DNA of 64,000 bases from Takakia lepidozioides. Lineage: Eukaryota > Plantae > Bryophyta. Positions 1 to 12,010 of the stretch are shown here, piece by piece (within the stretch, counting starts at the first letter, position 1; the number at the start of each line of letters is the position of its first letter). The stretch lies in assembly GCA_030704615.1 (NCBI GenBank), contig CM060731.1, forward strand, positions 91,202,001 to 91,266,000, in the 5' to 3' direction. Under the pieces are notes generated by a model, which was not told where the DNA came from, did not search any database, and saw only the letters and a program-made list of their open reading frames with translations. The position numbers were made by a program, and so were the translations under genes.

Positions 1-1884
1 CAGATGGCGTTACAACCAACACGGGCAAAACCACATTTTCCAATATATTTAGGGAAAGGGGATCATGATGTACACATTAGCCAATTTGAGCACATGTGTA
101 TTGTGAACAATGAGAATGGCGATGATGCCAAGATGAGACTGTTTCCTTGTTCACTTATAAAGAAAGCAAGTGAATGGTATGCAAGATTCCCTGATAATCA
201 TTTCCTAACCTGGAATGGCTTGAATACAACATTCCGAAATAGGTTCAGGACAAGTAAAACTGAGGATGAAGTGTATGGAAGTTTACAACAGTTAAAGCAA
301 AAGAAGCATGAAACTGTTGAGGAGTATATGGAAAAGATGGAATTGATGATGAAAAAGCTGGCTGCTGTATCAGCACCAGGTTTACAGAAGACTTGGTTTG
401 TGAGTGGACTAAGACCGGAGTTGCAAAAGAAAGTGGATATGTTACCCCATAATATAGTGGAGGAGGCATTTGAAACAACAAACAGAATTGAGCAATTGGG
501 ATCACAGCTGATGGCCAAGTTCGAATCAGCTTTCCATTACATTGATGACATATGCTGGCTTAATGCAGGATGCTCAGGAGAGAGAAAATGGCTGATGAGG
601 ACTTTGAGGATGAGTCAGATGAGGAAGAAGAGCAAGAGCTGAAAAGGAAGAGTAAGAGGAAGGAAAAGTTGAAGAGGGATAACTATGAGAAAAGATTAGA
701 AGAAATCTTGAAGAATATGCCACAGAGGCTGCAACACATTGGAGGAATGGTGTTTGGTGTGCAAAATGCCACAATGAAGGCCATACCACCACTGAATGCC
801 ACATGAAGGAGAAACACTGTACTATCTGTAAAATGGATAACCATTCTACTGAGAATTGTTACTACAACATAAGGACAACAGTTAGAGAACCTAGGCAAGT
901 AAGGGTGCATCAAGTGCAGCCCCAGCCAAGAAGAAACAGTGATCAGGACCACTATGGTAGGCCTGGTGGTTATAACAATGGTATGGAGGGGAGAGGTAAT
1001 CCAAGAGGGAATTACCAAGGAAATTCCAGGGGCAACTATCAGGGTAATCCAAGGGGGAATTACAAGCCAGGGAATCAGGATTACAGAAATAATCCAAGAG
1101 CAGACCAAGGGCGAGGACCCAATGGTGAAGAACTGTGTTACTATTGTAATCAAGCAGGACATCGCAAGGCAGCCTGTTCATTCTGGATTAGACACCAGAA
1201 TGAGATGAGAGCTCATGTGAATGAGGGCCCAGTGGTGGCAGCTCATATGGTTAGGCCATGTGTTGTACTAGAAATGAGTACGATGATAGTAACCAGAAGC
1301 AAAGCTAAGTTAATACCTCCAGTAGATGAGGAAGATGATGATAATGAAGATGGCAGTGATGTGCCTGAAAATGAAGAGGCTTGGAGAGATGAGAATGAAC
1401 TGCACAAGGAAGTGGCAGATACCATAAGGGAAATGCAGAAGAGTACTGATATTCCTATGGCAGATTCCTCTGATTCTGAAAGAGAAGAGGAAGTGAGTGA
1501 GGATGAAGGGAAGAAAGAAGCTGCAGACATGCAGAGTAATGAAGGGACTATGGCTGAAGTAATATGCCAGTCCAAAGCGGAGATTACCATTGGACAGCTA
1601 TTGGCTGTGGCACCTTATTGTAGACACAGGCTGTATCAAGCAATCAATCGAATTGCCCATGTGACAGGGAACACAGACCTGAACAGCAAGGTGACTTGTT
1701 ATAATGTGAAGCCGGAAGGGCGAGAAACAGTCATGGACTTTGATGATTCTATGCCAATAATCCAATTGAGAATTGGAAGCACAGAACTAACTGATGTACT
1801 GATTGATGGAGGCTCTCGAGTGAATATCATGACAGACCAATTAAGGCAGAAGCTTGGTCTAAGTAACATGAAACCAGCCCCATT
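1..1884 (+). mobile_element. Degenerate Ty3/gypsy gag-protease fragment (same family as 60108-64000)
   Basis: Retrotrans_gag-like ORF 4..642, CCHC knuckles (CTICKMDNHSTENC, CYYCNQAGHRKAAC) and protease motif VLIDGGS. Near-identical to 62107-63922, with frameshifts. Confidence 0.93.
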
Positions 1885-2217
1885 TTGTATGAATTGGAGC
1901 TACCGGCAAACAACAAGGTGCACCCAGTATTCCATGTCTCCCTTTTGAAGCCTTACTTCAAAGATGAAGCGCGCCCGAATCGGCATCAAGTGTTGCGTCC
2001 GCCACCTATGCTATTGGATCATGAAAATGAACCTGAGTACGAGGTGGAGGCAATACTTAAGTCGAGGAGGTTCAAGAACCGAGAAACGGAGTATCTCGTC
2101 AAATGGAAGGGCTATCATCTTGTGGAGGCATCTTGGGTGCGTGCCTCAGAAATGGGAAACGCATCCGAGGCGGTTGCAGCTTTCGAAGGGCGACCTAAAA
2201 AGCGGAAGAAGCGTTGA
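1885..2217 (+). mobile_element. Chromovirus integrase C-terminus with chromodomain
   Basis: YELELP..VHPVFHVSLLK (GPY/F region) followed by EYEVEAIL..YLVKWKGY..ASW. A purine-rich PPT (GGAGCGTGGGGGAGGAAA) follows at ~2233-2251. Confidence 0.9.
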
Positions 2218-2251
2218 TGGGGACATCAACCTTGGAGCGTGGGGGAGGAAA

Positions 2252-3840
2252 TGCATGCTTAGCCCGGCTTAGCAATCCGATTGCAAAAACTTGTATTGTA
2301 CAAAAATTTGTTATAAAGGAAATGGGTTCCAAATTCTGTGCGTCCTATTTTGTTTGGAATGGTGATGCATGGTGTGGTTGGCTAGTGTGTAGAATGCATG
2401 CTAGCTTACAAAAGTGGGAGAGGTAAATTGGGTTAATCGTGTGTTTGCGTAGTGCCAAAATCGGGTGACCCCCATCCAAGGGGCAAGGAAACTTGCGCCT
2501 TCTTTGGGAGTTCACGTGCTAGTGCGCACCTGGCGCGTGCGCGTACTATAACTGCGCTACCGAGGGGGTTGCCTTGTAGTGCGGGTTAACGCGGAAGCTA
2601 CGTGCTTCCGTTCACGTACTATAATCGTGTAGCCTCGGGACGAAGCCGTAGTGCGGCTTCGGCGTGTTCCCGTACCTCAGGCCAGCATTCCAAGGCGGAC
2701 CCAATTGTAGTGATTGGGGCGCACGGTTTGTTCAAGGTTATCTTCCTAGTCAAAGAGGGTTCCAGGTGAACCCTTGCTCAAGGTGATGCCAAAAGCGGCA
2801 TCATGAGCGGTCGCAAGCAATGTTGTTGCAGTAAGGCGATTCGATCCTCGGGGAGGATCATTCCTTGGCCTTGAAGTAGGCCAAGAAGAGTGCACTGGGA
2901 GGAGCTGGAGAGGCTCCACCCTTGGCCGGGACTTGGAGGAAGTCGGCCGAACTAGCTAGTGGAGAGTAGAGTCAAGTGTGGGGTTTGGTTCTTTGCCATG
3001 GGACGCCATGGTACGGAAACAAACTCCTTGATGTGGGACGCCACAACTTGGATGTTTGTTTCTACAAAATGGACAAGTCGATGAGGACATCGACTCCCTG
3101 TTGGTAGGGGTGTGTGTCGCGGCCCTTTGCCTTGAGGGTAGGGGGTCGGGACACATGAGGGGCTGCCCCTGTGGTGGGGGCAGCGGCAGCGATAGGTATG
3201 GGGGGCTGAAGCACCCTTGAGTGCCCAAGGCACTCAGGGAAGCGGAGGCGCTCACTAGGTGGAGCCCCGCACACCGGGTTGCGGTGGGGGTGGCTCCACA
3301 AGGGGTGGTGGTAGCTTAGCGGGACTTAGTGGGGGTGGCATAGGACTCACCATGGGGGCGGAGACCTCGTGGTGGGAGTCGTGGGGAGTCTTGGGACTCA
3401 TCACGGTCCATAGGGGCCATGGTGAGCGGGCCAAGACTCACCGCGACTCATCACCGGGAGTCGAGGGTTTTCGTGGTGGTTCGCCATAAAATGGCATGGC
3501 TGGTTGTGAAACCCCCGCGGACAGCTACAGAAGTATATATAGGGAGTAGTAACCCCGAGAACGGTGCAAGCCCGTTGGTGACCAAAAACTAGTGAGTAAG
3601 TGAGCGAGCCGGAAAGCGACCAAAGAGTGGGGAGCTGTTCCGGACTGCCATCTACCAAAGGGAACTCTCCTAGTCCCAAATAGGTGGAGGGTTTAGTGGG
3701 AAGCGAAGGGGGACCGTTATGTCCCGGTGAGCAGCCGAAGCTCCAAGTTGGCCCGGGCGGCCAGGTTGGGAGTCAGGCGCGCGCATCAAAGCGAGTAACT
3801 ATGACTTGAAGGGGAGCTTACCGAAGTGAGGTGCACGACA
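2252..3840 (+). mobile_element. Probable 3' LTR of the chromovirus
   Basis: Starts TG right after the PPT and ends ...GTGCACGACA at a sharp sequence junction. GC-rich and non-coding. No partner LTR in the window. Confidence 0.6.
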
Positions 3841-4407
3841 ATTGTTCTCTCCCTTTGACGATCCTGGTTCAAAGTGCAATGTAACCAAGCAACCTCTACA
3901 TATTGAAATGTGCGTCATTTATGGCCCTTGGCTCGCTCGTGTCTATCCATAGTGATTTATTTGTCCAGGGATGACTTGTTCTTCCGCTCCAACAAACTCG
4001 TTCACAAAATGCTCTTCTTTCGCAGCAACCACCCGTTATTTCACAAAATGTTCTTCTTTCGCTCCAATCCATTTTTCACTTAGGGAATCCATTTGATCCG
4101 AAGTGTTTGAAAACTTGGAGTGAGGCCGCTTCTCTTGTCTTTCTTGCATCTCTAACATGGGATACTCTAATGATAGTTTGGAACTGTTCGCAGTTGTGAG
4201 CATTGTTCAACCAACATTGTTCTCTCCCTTTGACGGTCCTGGTTCAAAGTACAATGTAACCAAGCAACCTCTACATATTGAAATGTGCATAATTTATGGC
4301 CCTTGGCTCGCTCGTGTCTATCCACAGTGATTTATTTGTCCAGGGACGACTTGTTCTTCCGCTGCAACAAACTCGTTCACAAAATGCTCTTCTTTCGCAG
4401 CAACCAC
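3841..4407. repeat. ~190-bp direct duplication (3841-4032 / 4216-4407)
   Basis: attgttctctccctttgacg...cttctttcgcagcaaccac occurs twice with few mismatches. Confidence 0.85.
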
Positions 4408-4700
4408 CACTACAAAAGGAATTGGTTTTTTGTCACAGAATGGGGGTCACACTTTGCACAATCCACGGATCATATGACACATGTGTGGACTAGAAATGGC
4501 ACAACCGGACCGGATGTGTCACACCTTATGTGGCTTAAGTCACAATAGAATAGTCAACGGCATGAAACTTAGGGTTGACCCCTATATATTTTCCGAGTTG
4601 GCACCCTGATAAAAAAAACCAATGCCGCATGGCATGATTAGTCCAAGTTCTGAAATATCTGACTCAGCGTCACAAAAGGGGATGCGTGACATGAGCGTCC
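4408..4700 (+). mobile_element. CACTA transposon terminus (truncated)
   Basis: CACTACAAAA begins exactly where the second duplicate copy diverges from the first. Multiple GTCACA/TGAC subterminal motifs follow. No opposite end found. Confidence 0.6.
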
Positions 4701-5424
4701 TAAGACAATGACAAAGACAATGACAGTGACAATGACAATGACAGCTCCTTCTGAGAGAGTGCTGATGAGAGTGCGCCCCAATCTGGGGTTTGGCGTCGTT
4801 TGTGTCTCCTGCTACTCCAGCTTTTCTTGCAACTCATGCCTTTTCTGCTGCACCTCATGATAGGGAGGGCCTTGTGGAGGAAGTGAAATATTTCGGGGTT
4901 AATGGTTACGGCTCCATGATTGGCCTTATTCACCTTCAATTTAGATGACCTACCCTTCATCAGACGTTGAAAGGAATCCTCGACAGCGTGTGGAAGTTCG
5001 CCTTGCAGAGCAGGAGAGTCACATAACATACTTGGAGGACGAGAATCTAACCTTGAAAGAACGCATGTTCTTGTTGCAACATGAGCTTAATGAGCTGCGA
5101 AAAAACGCAGATGGAGGCGGTGCACGGCACTCACATTTTCCGAAATGGATTCAAGCCTAACGTTTTGCTGCACAACACCCTTGTCAATGTCAGAAAAGAC
5201 TCGTCTTTCTCCCTGGTCGTTTTCAGAGACCACTCTACAGTCTCCAGACTGCAAATTACATAAGCTGGGTTAGCATCTATGTAAATCTGGACATGTTCGT
5301 TGTTCATCATCGTGTAGAGCCCAATGGAGCCCAAAACAACTTGCATGAATGTTGTTGAAAGCTCACTAGCACCCCTCAGGACCTTGTCAAAATGTTGATG
5401 CTGTCGGATTTTCGAGCACAAACC

Positions 5425-5874
5425 TCGGAGCAGACCTGGCATGAGTTTCTTAAAGCTCCTTCACGATGGTGGGACAACCGCGGCGTACGGAGCAGACCTG
5501 ACATGATTTTTATAAAGATCCTTCACGATGGAAGGACAACCGCAATCGCAAGGTGAGAAGGAGTCCATAATGCTCTTCTGGCTCTTCTGGGCATGTGAAG
5601 ATGCTTTGTGAGGCAGGGAGACTGAAAGAGGCTCTACAGACTTTAACCAAAGAACATTTCAGCAGATTCAGATATGTATGTATGTCACTTGCTTAAGTGC
5701 ATCAAGATGAAAGGTCTGGAAGTTGGAAAGCAGGTGCACACCCACATTATCCAAAGTGGATTCATGCCAAGTGTTTTTCTCCTCAACACCCTTGTCAACA
5801 TGTATGTTAAGTGCGGGAGCATCATGCATGCTCACCAAGTGTTCAAAGGAATGCCTCAACGATCTTTGCATTAG
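5425..5874 (+). pseudogene. OSB-type PDF motif halves joined to PPR N-terminus (copy 1)
   Basis: SEQTWHEFLKAPSRWWDNRG and TEQT*HDFYKDPSRWKDNRNRK|gt, then GHVKMLCEAGRLKEAL..YVCHLLKC..GKQVHTHIIQSGF..NTLVNMYVKCGS. Confidence 0.75.
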
Positions 5875-6458
5875 AAAAAAATTGAGGCCAAAGAAAGGTT
5901 GTCCCAACGTTCATATGTCCCCTATAACCGCTCAAGTCGGGTAGCGATTTTTAAAATGCCATATTGCCATCGTGGCAAAATGGTGGAAAAATGGGTTCGA
6001 TGATGACATTTCCACCATGGCAAATTGGTTCCACGGAGGATGACGTTTCCGCGGGAAGCGCCGGGTTCCCCCGCTTCTCGCCTCCCGCTTCGCGCGCGCT
6101 TCTTCCCCCAAGCCCTTTGCGCGTTTCTTCCATCGTGGTCCAATGCTCCAGGAAACGCCTCTTCTGCTCAGCTCGAGCTTTCCCGCTCCACAAGCTCCAC
6201 GCTCAAGCTCCCGCTCCACGCTGAAGCAGGTCTGTCCTTACTCACAGCTCAGTCTCCTCTTCAAAATTGATTAGCAGGTGATGCATCTAGCTTGTGACTA
6301 TCTAGATCGATGGAATACTGTGTCCAACAATTAGCTACGTAAGGTCCTCACCATTTGCTGTATGTTAGGCCCACTGTCCGCGATATTCTAAGACAGGATA
6401 GCCTAGAACACCCCTGCACATTGCTTTCTGGCGACAGACATGGTGAAATGGAAGGGAT

Positions 6459-6690
6459 GCACTCGACTTCGTGGTAGATGAAGCCAAGAGACAGGGAATA
6501 CGATTGATACTCACCTTCACCAATAATTATTCTAACTTCGGTGGAAAGGCACAATATGTGCAATGGGCGAGCCAGTATGTTGGTATCCATCTGAATTCGG
6601 AGGACGGCGGCGTATGTGAAGAGCTGGGATTCTAATCATTTGTTGGAGGTGGGACTCGAGGGCTTCTATGGCTCTGGAAGCCAGCAATCG
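6459..6690 (+). pseudogene. GH5 endo-1,4-beta-mannanase fragment (internally deleted)
   Basis: ALDFVVDEAKRQGIRLILTFTNNYSNFGGKAQYVQWA joined to AAYVKSWDSNHLLEVGLEGFYG, two conserved plant MAN segments. Confidence 0.85.
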
Positions 6691-6879
6691 TCACTTATGG
6701 AAGCAGTAGCGGGCTGGTCTAGTGCTTTTATCCAGGCAAGTGCTACCTTGTTTAGTTTCAATTCCTATGCAAGATGTCATGCGATTCATACGTTGGAGGC
6801 AATAGCGGGCTGGTCTAGTGCTTTTTATCCAGGCAAGTGCTACCTTGTTTAGTTTCAATTCAGTAGCAGGCTTTGATTC

Positions 6880-9160
6880 CAACATGTGGTAGGGTAGCGT
6901 GGGGAATGCTTTGGAGACCTATGAGCAAATGTTGCGCGAAGGGGTGAAGCCCAACCACATCACATTTGTTTGTGTTTGCAATGCGTATGCAAGCCTGGGA
7001 GCTCTGGAAAAGGGGAAAGAAGTCCATGGTGACATCGTCAAAGCTGGAATTGTACCAGATGTCATTATGAACACTGCCCTGGTGGACATGTATGCCAAAT
7101 GTGGGTGCATTAAGGATGCGAAGGGAGTTTTCAACACTATGGCTGAATGAGATGTGGTGTCATGGAAGACTATGCTTGCAGGGTATGCACAACAAGGACG
7201 TGGTATGAAGGCTTGGAGACCTATGATCAAATGATGGGGGAAGGGGTGAAGCCCGACCACATCACATTTGTGTGCATTTGCGATGCGTGTGCAAGCCTGA
7301 CAGCTCTGGAAAAGGGCGAAGAGGTCCATGGCGACATTGTCAGAGCTACAATTGTACCAAGTGTCATTATGAACAATACCCTCGTGGACATGTATGAACG
7401 GAGTTTTCGACAGTATGGCTGAATGAGATGTGGCGTCGTGGAGGGCGATGATTGCAGGATATGCACAGCAAGGGCGCGGGATGGAGGCTTTAGAGACCTA
7501 TGAGCAAATGATGGGGGAAGGGGTGAAGCCCGACCACATAACGTTTGTTTGCATTTGCAATGCGTGTGCAAGCCTGGCAGCTCTGGAAAGGTGCAAAGTG
7601 GTCCATGGTGACATCGTCACATGTGGAATTGTACCCAATGTCATTCTGAACACTGCCCTGCTGGACATGTATGTCAAATGTGAGTGCATCGAGGATGCAA
7701 AGGGAGTTTCTGATAGTATGGCTGAATGAGATGTGGTGTCGTGGAGGGCGATGATTGCAGGATATGCACAGCAAGGACGCGAGATGGAGGCTTCGGAGAC
7801 CTATGAGCAAATGATGGGGGAAGGGGTGAAACCTGACCGCATAACGTTTGTTTGCATTTGCAATGCGTGTGCAAGCCTGGCAACTCTGGAAAGGTGCAAA
7901 GAGGTCCATGGTGACATCGTCAAAGCTGGATTTGTACCAGATGTCATCCTGAACATTGCCCTGCTGGACATGTATGTCAAATGTGAGTGCATCGAGGATG
8001 CAAAGGGAGTGTTCGACAATATGGCTGAACGAGATGTGGTGTCGTGGAGTGCGATGATTGCAGGATATGCACAGCAAGGGGCTGGATGGAGGCTTTGGAG
8101 ACCTATGAGCAATTGATGTGCCACATAACGTTTGTTTGCATTTGCAATGCGTGTGCAAGCCTGGCAACCCTGGAAAGGTGCAAAGAGGTCCATGGTGACA
8201 TCGTCAAAGCTGGATTTGTACCAGATGTCATCCTGAACACTGCCCTGCTGGACATGTATGTCAAATATGAGTGCATCGAGGATGCAAAGGGAGTGTTCGA
8301 CAATATGGCTGAACGAAATGTTGTGTCGTGGAGTGCGATGATTGCAGGATATGCACAGCAGGGGCGTGGGATGGAGGCTTTGGAGACCTATGAGCAATTG
8401 ATGTGCCGCATAACATTTGTTTGCATTTGCAATGCGTGTGCAAACCTGGCAGCCTTGGAAAATGGCAAAGAGGTGCATGGTTGCATCGCCAAAGTTGGAA
8501 TTGTACCAGATGTGATTCTGGACAATACCCTTGTGGACATGTATGCCAAATGTGGGAGCATTGAGGATGCGGAGGGAGTGTTCAACAATATGGCTGAACG
8601 AGATGTGGTGTCATGGAATGCCATGCTTGCAGGATAGGCACAGCAGGGGCGTGGGATGGAGGACTTGGAGACCTATGAGCAAATGATGGGGGAAGGGGTG
8701 CATTGAGGGCAACATCTATCCTCAAATGGGATGAACAGGATGCCGCGACTTATGTGTTACTATCAAACATCTATGCTGCAGCTGGCAGGTGGGATGATAC
8801 TGCAAAGGTGAGAAAAATGATGAAGGTCAGAGGGGTTAGAAAGGAGCCAGGTCGCTTCTGCATTGAGGTTGGCAACAGGGTGCACACCTTCGTTGTAGAT
8901 GACAAGTTGCATCCCAAAATTAAGGAAATCCATGCTGACCTGAGAAGATTGTCTGGGCAGATGAAGGAGGTGGGGTATGTGCCTGACACACGCTTTGTAT
9001 TGCATGATGTGGGGGAGGAGGAAAAGGAATTTTCTCTTTGCCACCACAGTGAGAAGCTGGCCATTGGTTTTGCATGATCCCTATGATACCTCCTCCTCCA
9101 CTGAATTTACAATTGTTATCAAACATCTATATTGCTGCAGCTGGCAGGTGGGATCCATCT
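6880..9160 (+). pseudogene. PLS-class PPR pseudogene with E/E+ and truncated DYW deaminase domain
   Basis: Tandem ~303-bp P-L-S triplets with repeated in-frame stops and frameshifts, then YVLLSNIYAAAGRW..KEPG..GYVPDTRFVLHD..HSEKLAIGFA*. The CxxC and DYW end are missing. Confidence 0.93.
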
Positions 9161-10344
9161 GAGCAGCAGAATGTTCTCTGTGCATTTTACCAGCGCCTAA
9201 CAACAAGCTGTATGTCCCATCACATTTCACATGAGCTTGTTCTTCCTTGTACAACAATTTGACACATAGAATAGTTTATATAGCTACCTGTTATGTGCTA
9301 ACTCTCTTTCTCAAAAAGATGCAGAGAGAAAAGGGAGATTGTCAATGCCCAATGTGAGGGTGGCCTGAAGACAATATCCGTTTTCTGGTACAATGTCCGG
9401 GGGTATTCTCATCAGGCTGAGCCTGACCTCTCTGAACTTGTTTCCAATCTGTGACATGGGAGAGGCCATCATTGATGACCTCAAGGGTTTACCCACCCTC
9501 GGCACTAGACTGAAATTTAAACTCAGGGGCAACCTGAAGACACAAGGATAGCATTGTGGCTACTAAGAAATGAAGAAAGAAAGAATGTGGGTCTCTTTTG
9601 AACATATTCATGAAAGCTCACAGAACAAACTACCTTCAATTTCGAAGAGAAATACGCATATCCGCATCAGTACTTTTTATCAAGACACATTTTGTTCAAA
9701 ACAATAATATTGGTCACTGAGTTTATGTAGACAACTATTTTGGTTAAGAATCTTCAAATAATATGGAAAAACAAAATGTTAATGCAGAGAGGCAGACAAA
9801 ATAAACGATTTGAATCTACACCAATTGCAAATAAAGATGAAAAAGATATCATATAAACAACATTCATAATCCAAATCAGATCATAATTCTGCTTGTTGTA
9901 TCAAAATGAGCCACAATCATTACACCGGTCAAATGAATCTTGAAATGAAATACAGAGGAAAAATACAGAAAAATATAAAAATACAGAAATGGGTAACAAT
10001 GGCTGGTTACGGTGAGCACTACCCTACTTGGCGGCTGACTGAAACGGGGGAGAAGAAGAGCGTCAGTGACAAGGGCACGTGCTGGAGGGGGAGGTTGCTC
10101 GCCATTCCACCTGACACCAAGCATATCATTTCAGCCTGCAAACGACATCCAACACAGACAGCAGAAGTCCAATTGGACTAGGCTGTACACTAACATTAAG
10201 ATTTCAAGCCTCAATAAGCAGCTATCTGATTCACAGCTTACCTTCTACCCGGCCGGCGCTGCCACTGCCGTTGCTGTCCCCCAGCCAATGCCCCCGACCC
10301 CGTGCTTGCGACCCTACGCCACCACACTACCTCCCTGCAGCTGA

Positions 10345-11745
10345 CCCATGCTTGGTAAATCCTGCCAACATTATCACATGATCAAAGATCGTTGAGGCAT
10401 TCTGTTGAACACTTGGTGAGCATCCATGATGCTCCCGCACTTAACATACATGTTGACAAGGGTGTTGAGTAGAAAAACATTTGTTGTGAATCCACTTTGG
10501 ATAATGTGAGTGTGCAGTTGTTGTCCAGCTTCCATCTTGATGCACTTAAGCAAGAGACAGACATATGTATCTGAATATGCTGAAATGCCTCCTTGTTTTG
10601 GAGTCTGTAGAGCCTCTGTCAGACTGCCTGCCGCACAAAGTATCTTCACATGCCCAGAAGTGCCAGAAGAGGCATTGTGGATTCCCTCTCTTGATCCTCT
10701 TTCAAAAGCTGTGGTCATGGTTGAGGTGCCTGATTTTATCAACTGTGTCACTGCAACTGCTGTCTTTAGTTGACCATGTACCTATGCAGGTTTATTGTAG
10801 CTATTGATCCACATGGAATCATAGGTCATCTAGAGCTTGAAGTCGGCCCTCTTGGATGAATCTGTCCACCCACACACTATCCCTGCTCCTTTGGCTATCC
10901 ATGCCTCTGCAAAAATCATACATACATCCTTGCCTTGTTGCTATCAGCTGATAATGATAGCCAAGAAAACACCCAACTCAACTTACTCACTATAGTTCCT
11001 ATGCTCAATTGAATCTGCTACTCTCTGTAATCCATCATGCATTCACCTTTGCCTCCATTGTCCCACCATTGACTGGGGTCAGAAAAGTATTCATTCCACA
11101 GCCTCTCCTCGTCTCTGTTACCTGTTTCTGGATACTTCCCTGTTGTCACATTGGCAGTATCATGTCAAAGTCACTCCAAACTATCAAAGGTTCACTCAAC
11201 CAGCTAACTTGCAGAATTCAACATGAAAATTTAGGGCCGATTGTGAAAAGAGGGAAAAACATGGTGAAATGTTTTGAAGAAGGTGCCTTCATTAGCAGTG
11301 CCTAAATTTATCAATTGTACCGCTGCTGCTGCGGCTTCCAGTTGACCATCTACCCATGCAGGTTTCTTGTAGCTATCCTTCCATAGGGAATTATAGGTCT
11401 GAAATAGGTTGAAGAAGAAGGTGCCCTCACCACATTGTCTTTGACCTTGTGTCATGACCCATGGAGGATTTGGCCGACCATCAACCCAAAAGGACCTCTG
11501 TGTGTGCTGCTTGTGTCTGTAGTCAGGTAATGTCGGATGAGAACCACTACGGTGCAGCTGAGCAGGCAGAGATTGAAACATGACCTGTTAAGACCGAGCT
11601 GAATCTCCCAAGAACCTTGTAAACATCAGGAAGAATAACAAATCATGGTACTAAGAGCCCACATTTGCAGGATGGACAAAGTTCTTCACATCGTGCATTA
11701 AGAAAAGCCACACCTTGCGATTGCGCTTGTCCCACCATCGTGAGA
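10345..11745 (-). pseudogene. PDF-PDF-PPR chimeric gene remnant (copy 2)
   Basis: SRWWDKRNRK|gt; SLWKDSYKKPAWVDGQL; DEERLWNEYFSDPSQWWDN..|gt..ag|IHPRG.DFKL..YDSMWI..KPA..GQL, continuing in frame (with stops) into PPR ORF 10374..10751. Confidence 0.82.
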
Positions 11746-12010
11746 GCTCCTGCTGTGTACTCAAAATCTGTGAACGTCTCCATCTGCGAATCGCGATCGG
11801 CCTGTGAAACCCCTCCTACGCTTCAAGAAGATAAAAAAAAACGGGCAGTTTGGGCAGTCTCGAAACACTTTGCGCGACGAATTCTATTGGCGATTTTCGG
11901 ACGGGCAGTCCGGGCAGATTGACGAAATTTGACGACGAAACGTGGCGACGATGACATGGTGATGATGATGTGGCGACGAAAACGTGGCACTTTGGCACCC
12001 TATTCCTGCT

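Noticed and set aside
7140-7735. TGA stops repaired by U-to-C editing or readthrough
   Set aside because: These are nuclear sequences; CpG deamination explains CGA to TGA, and frameshifts co-occur.
9906-10181. Possible SYT 5' exon (EHYPTW)
   Set aside because: Similarity is too short, with no TM segment or WLN motif.
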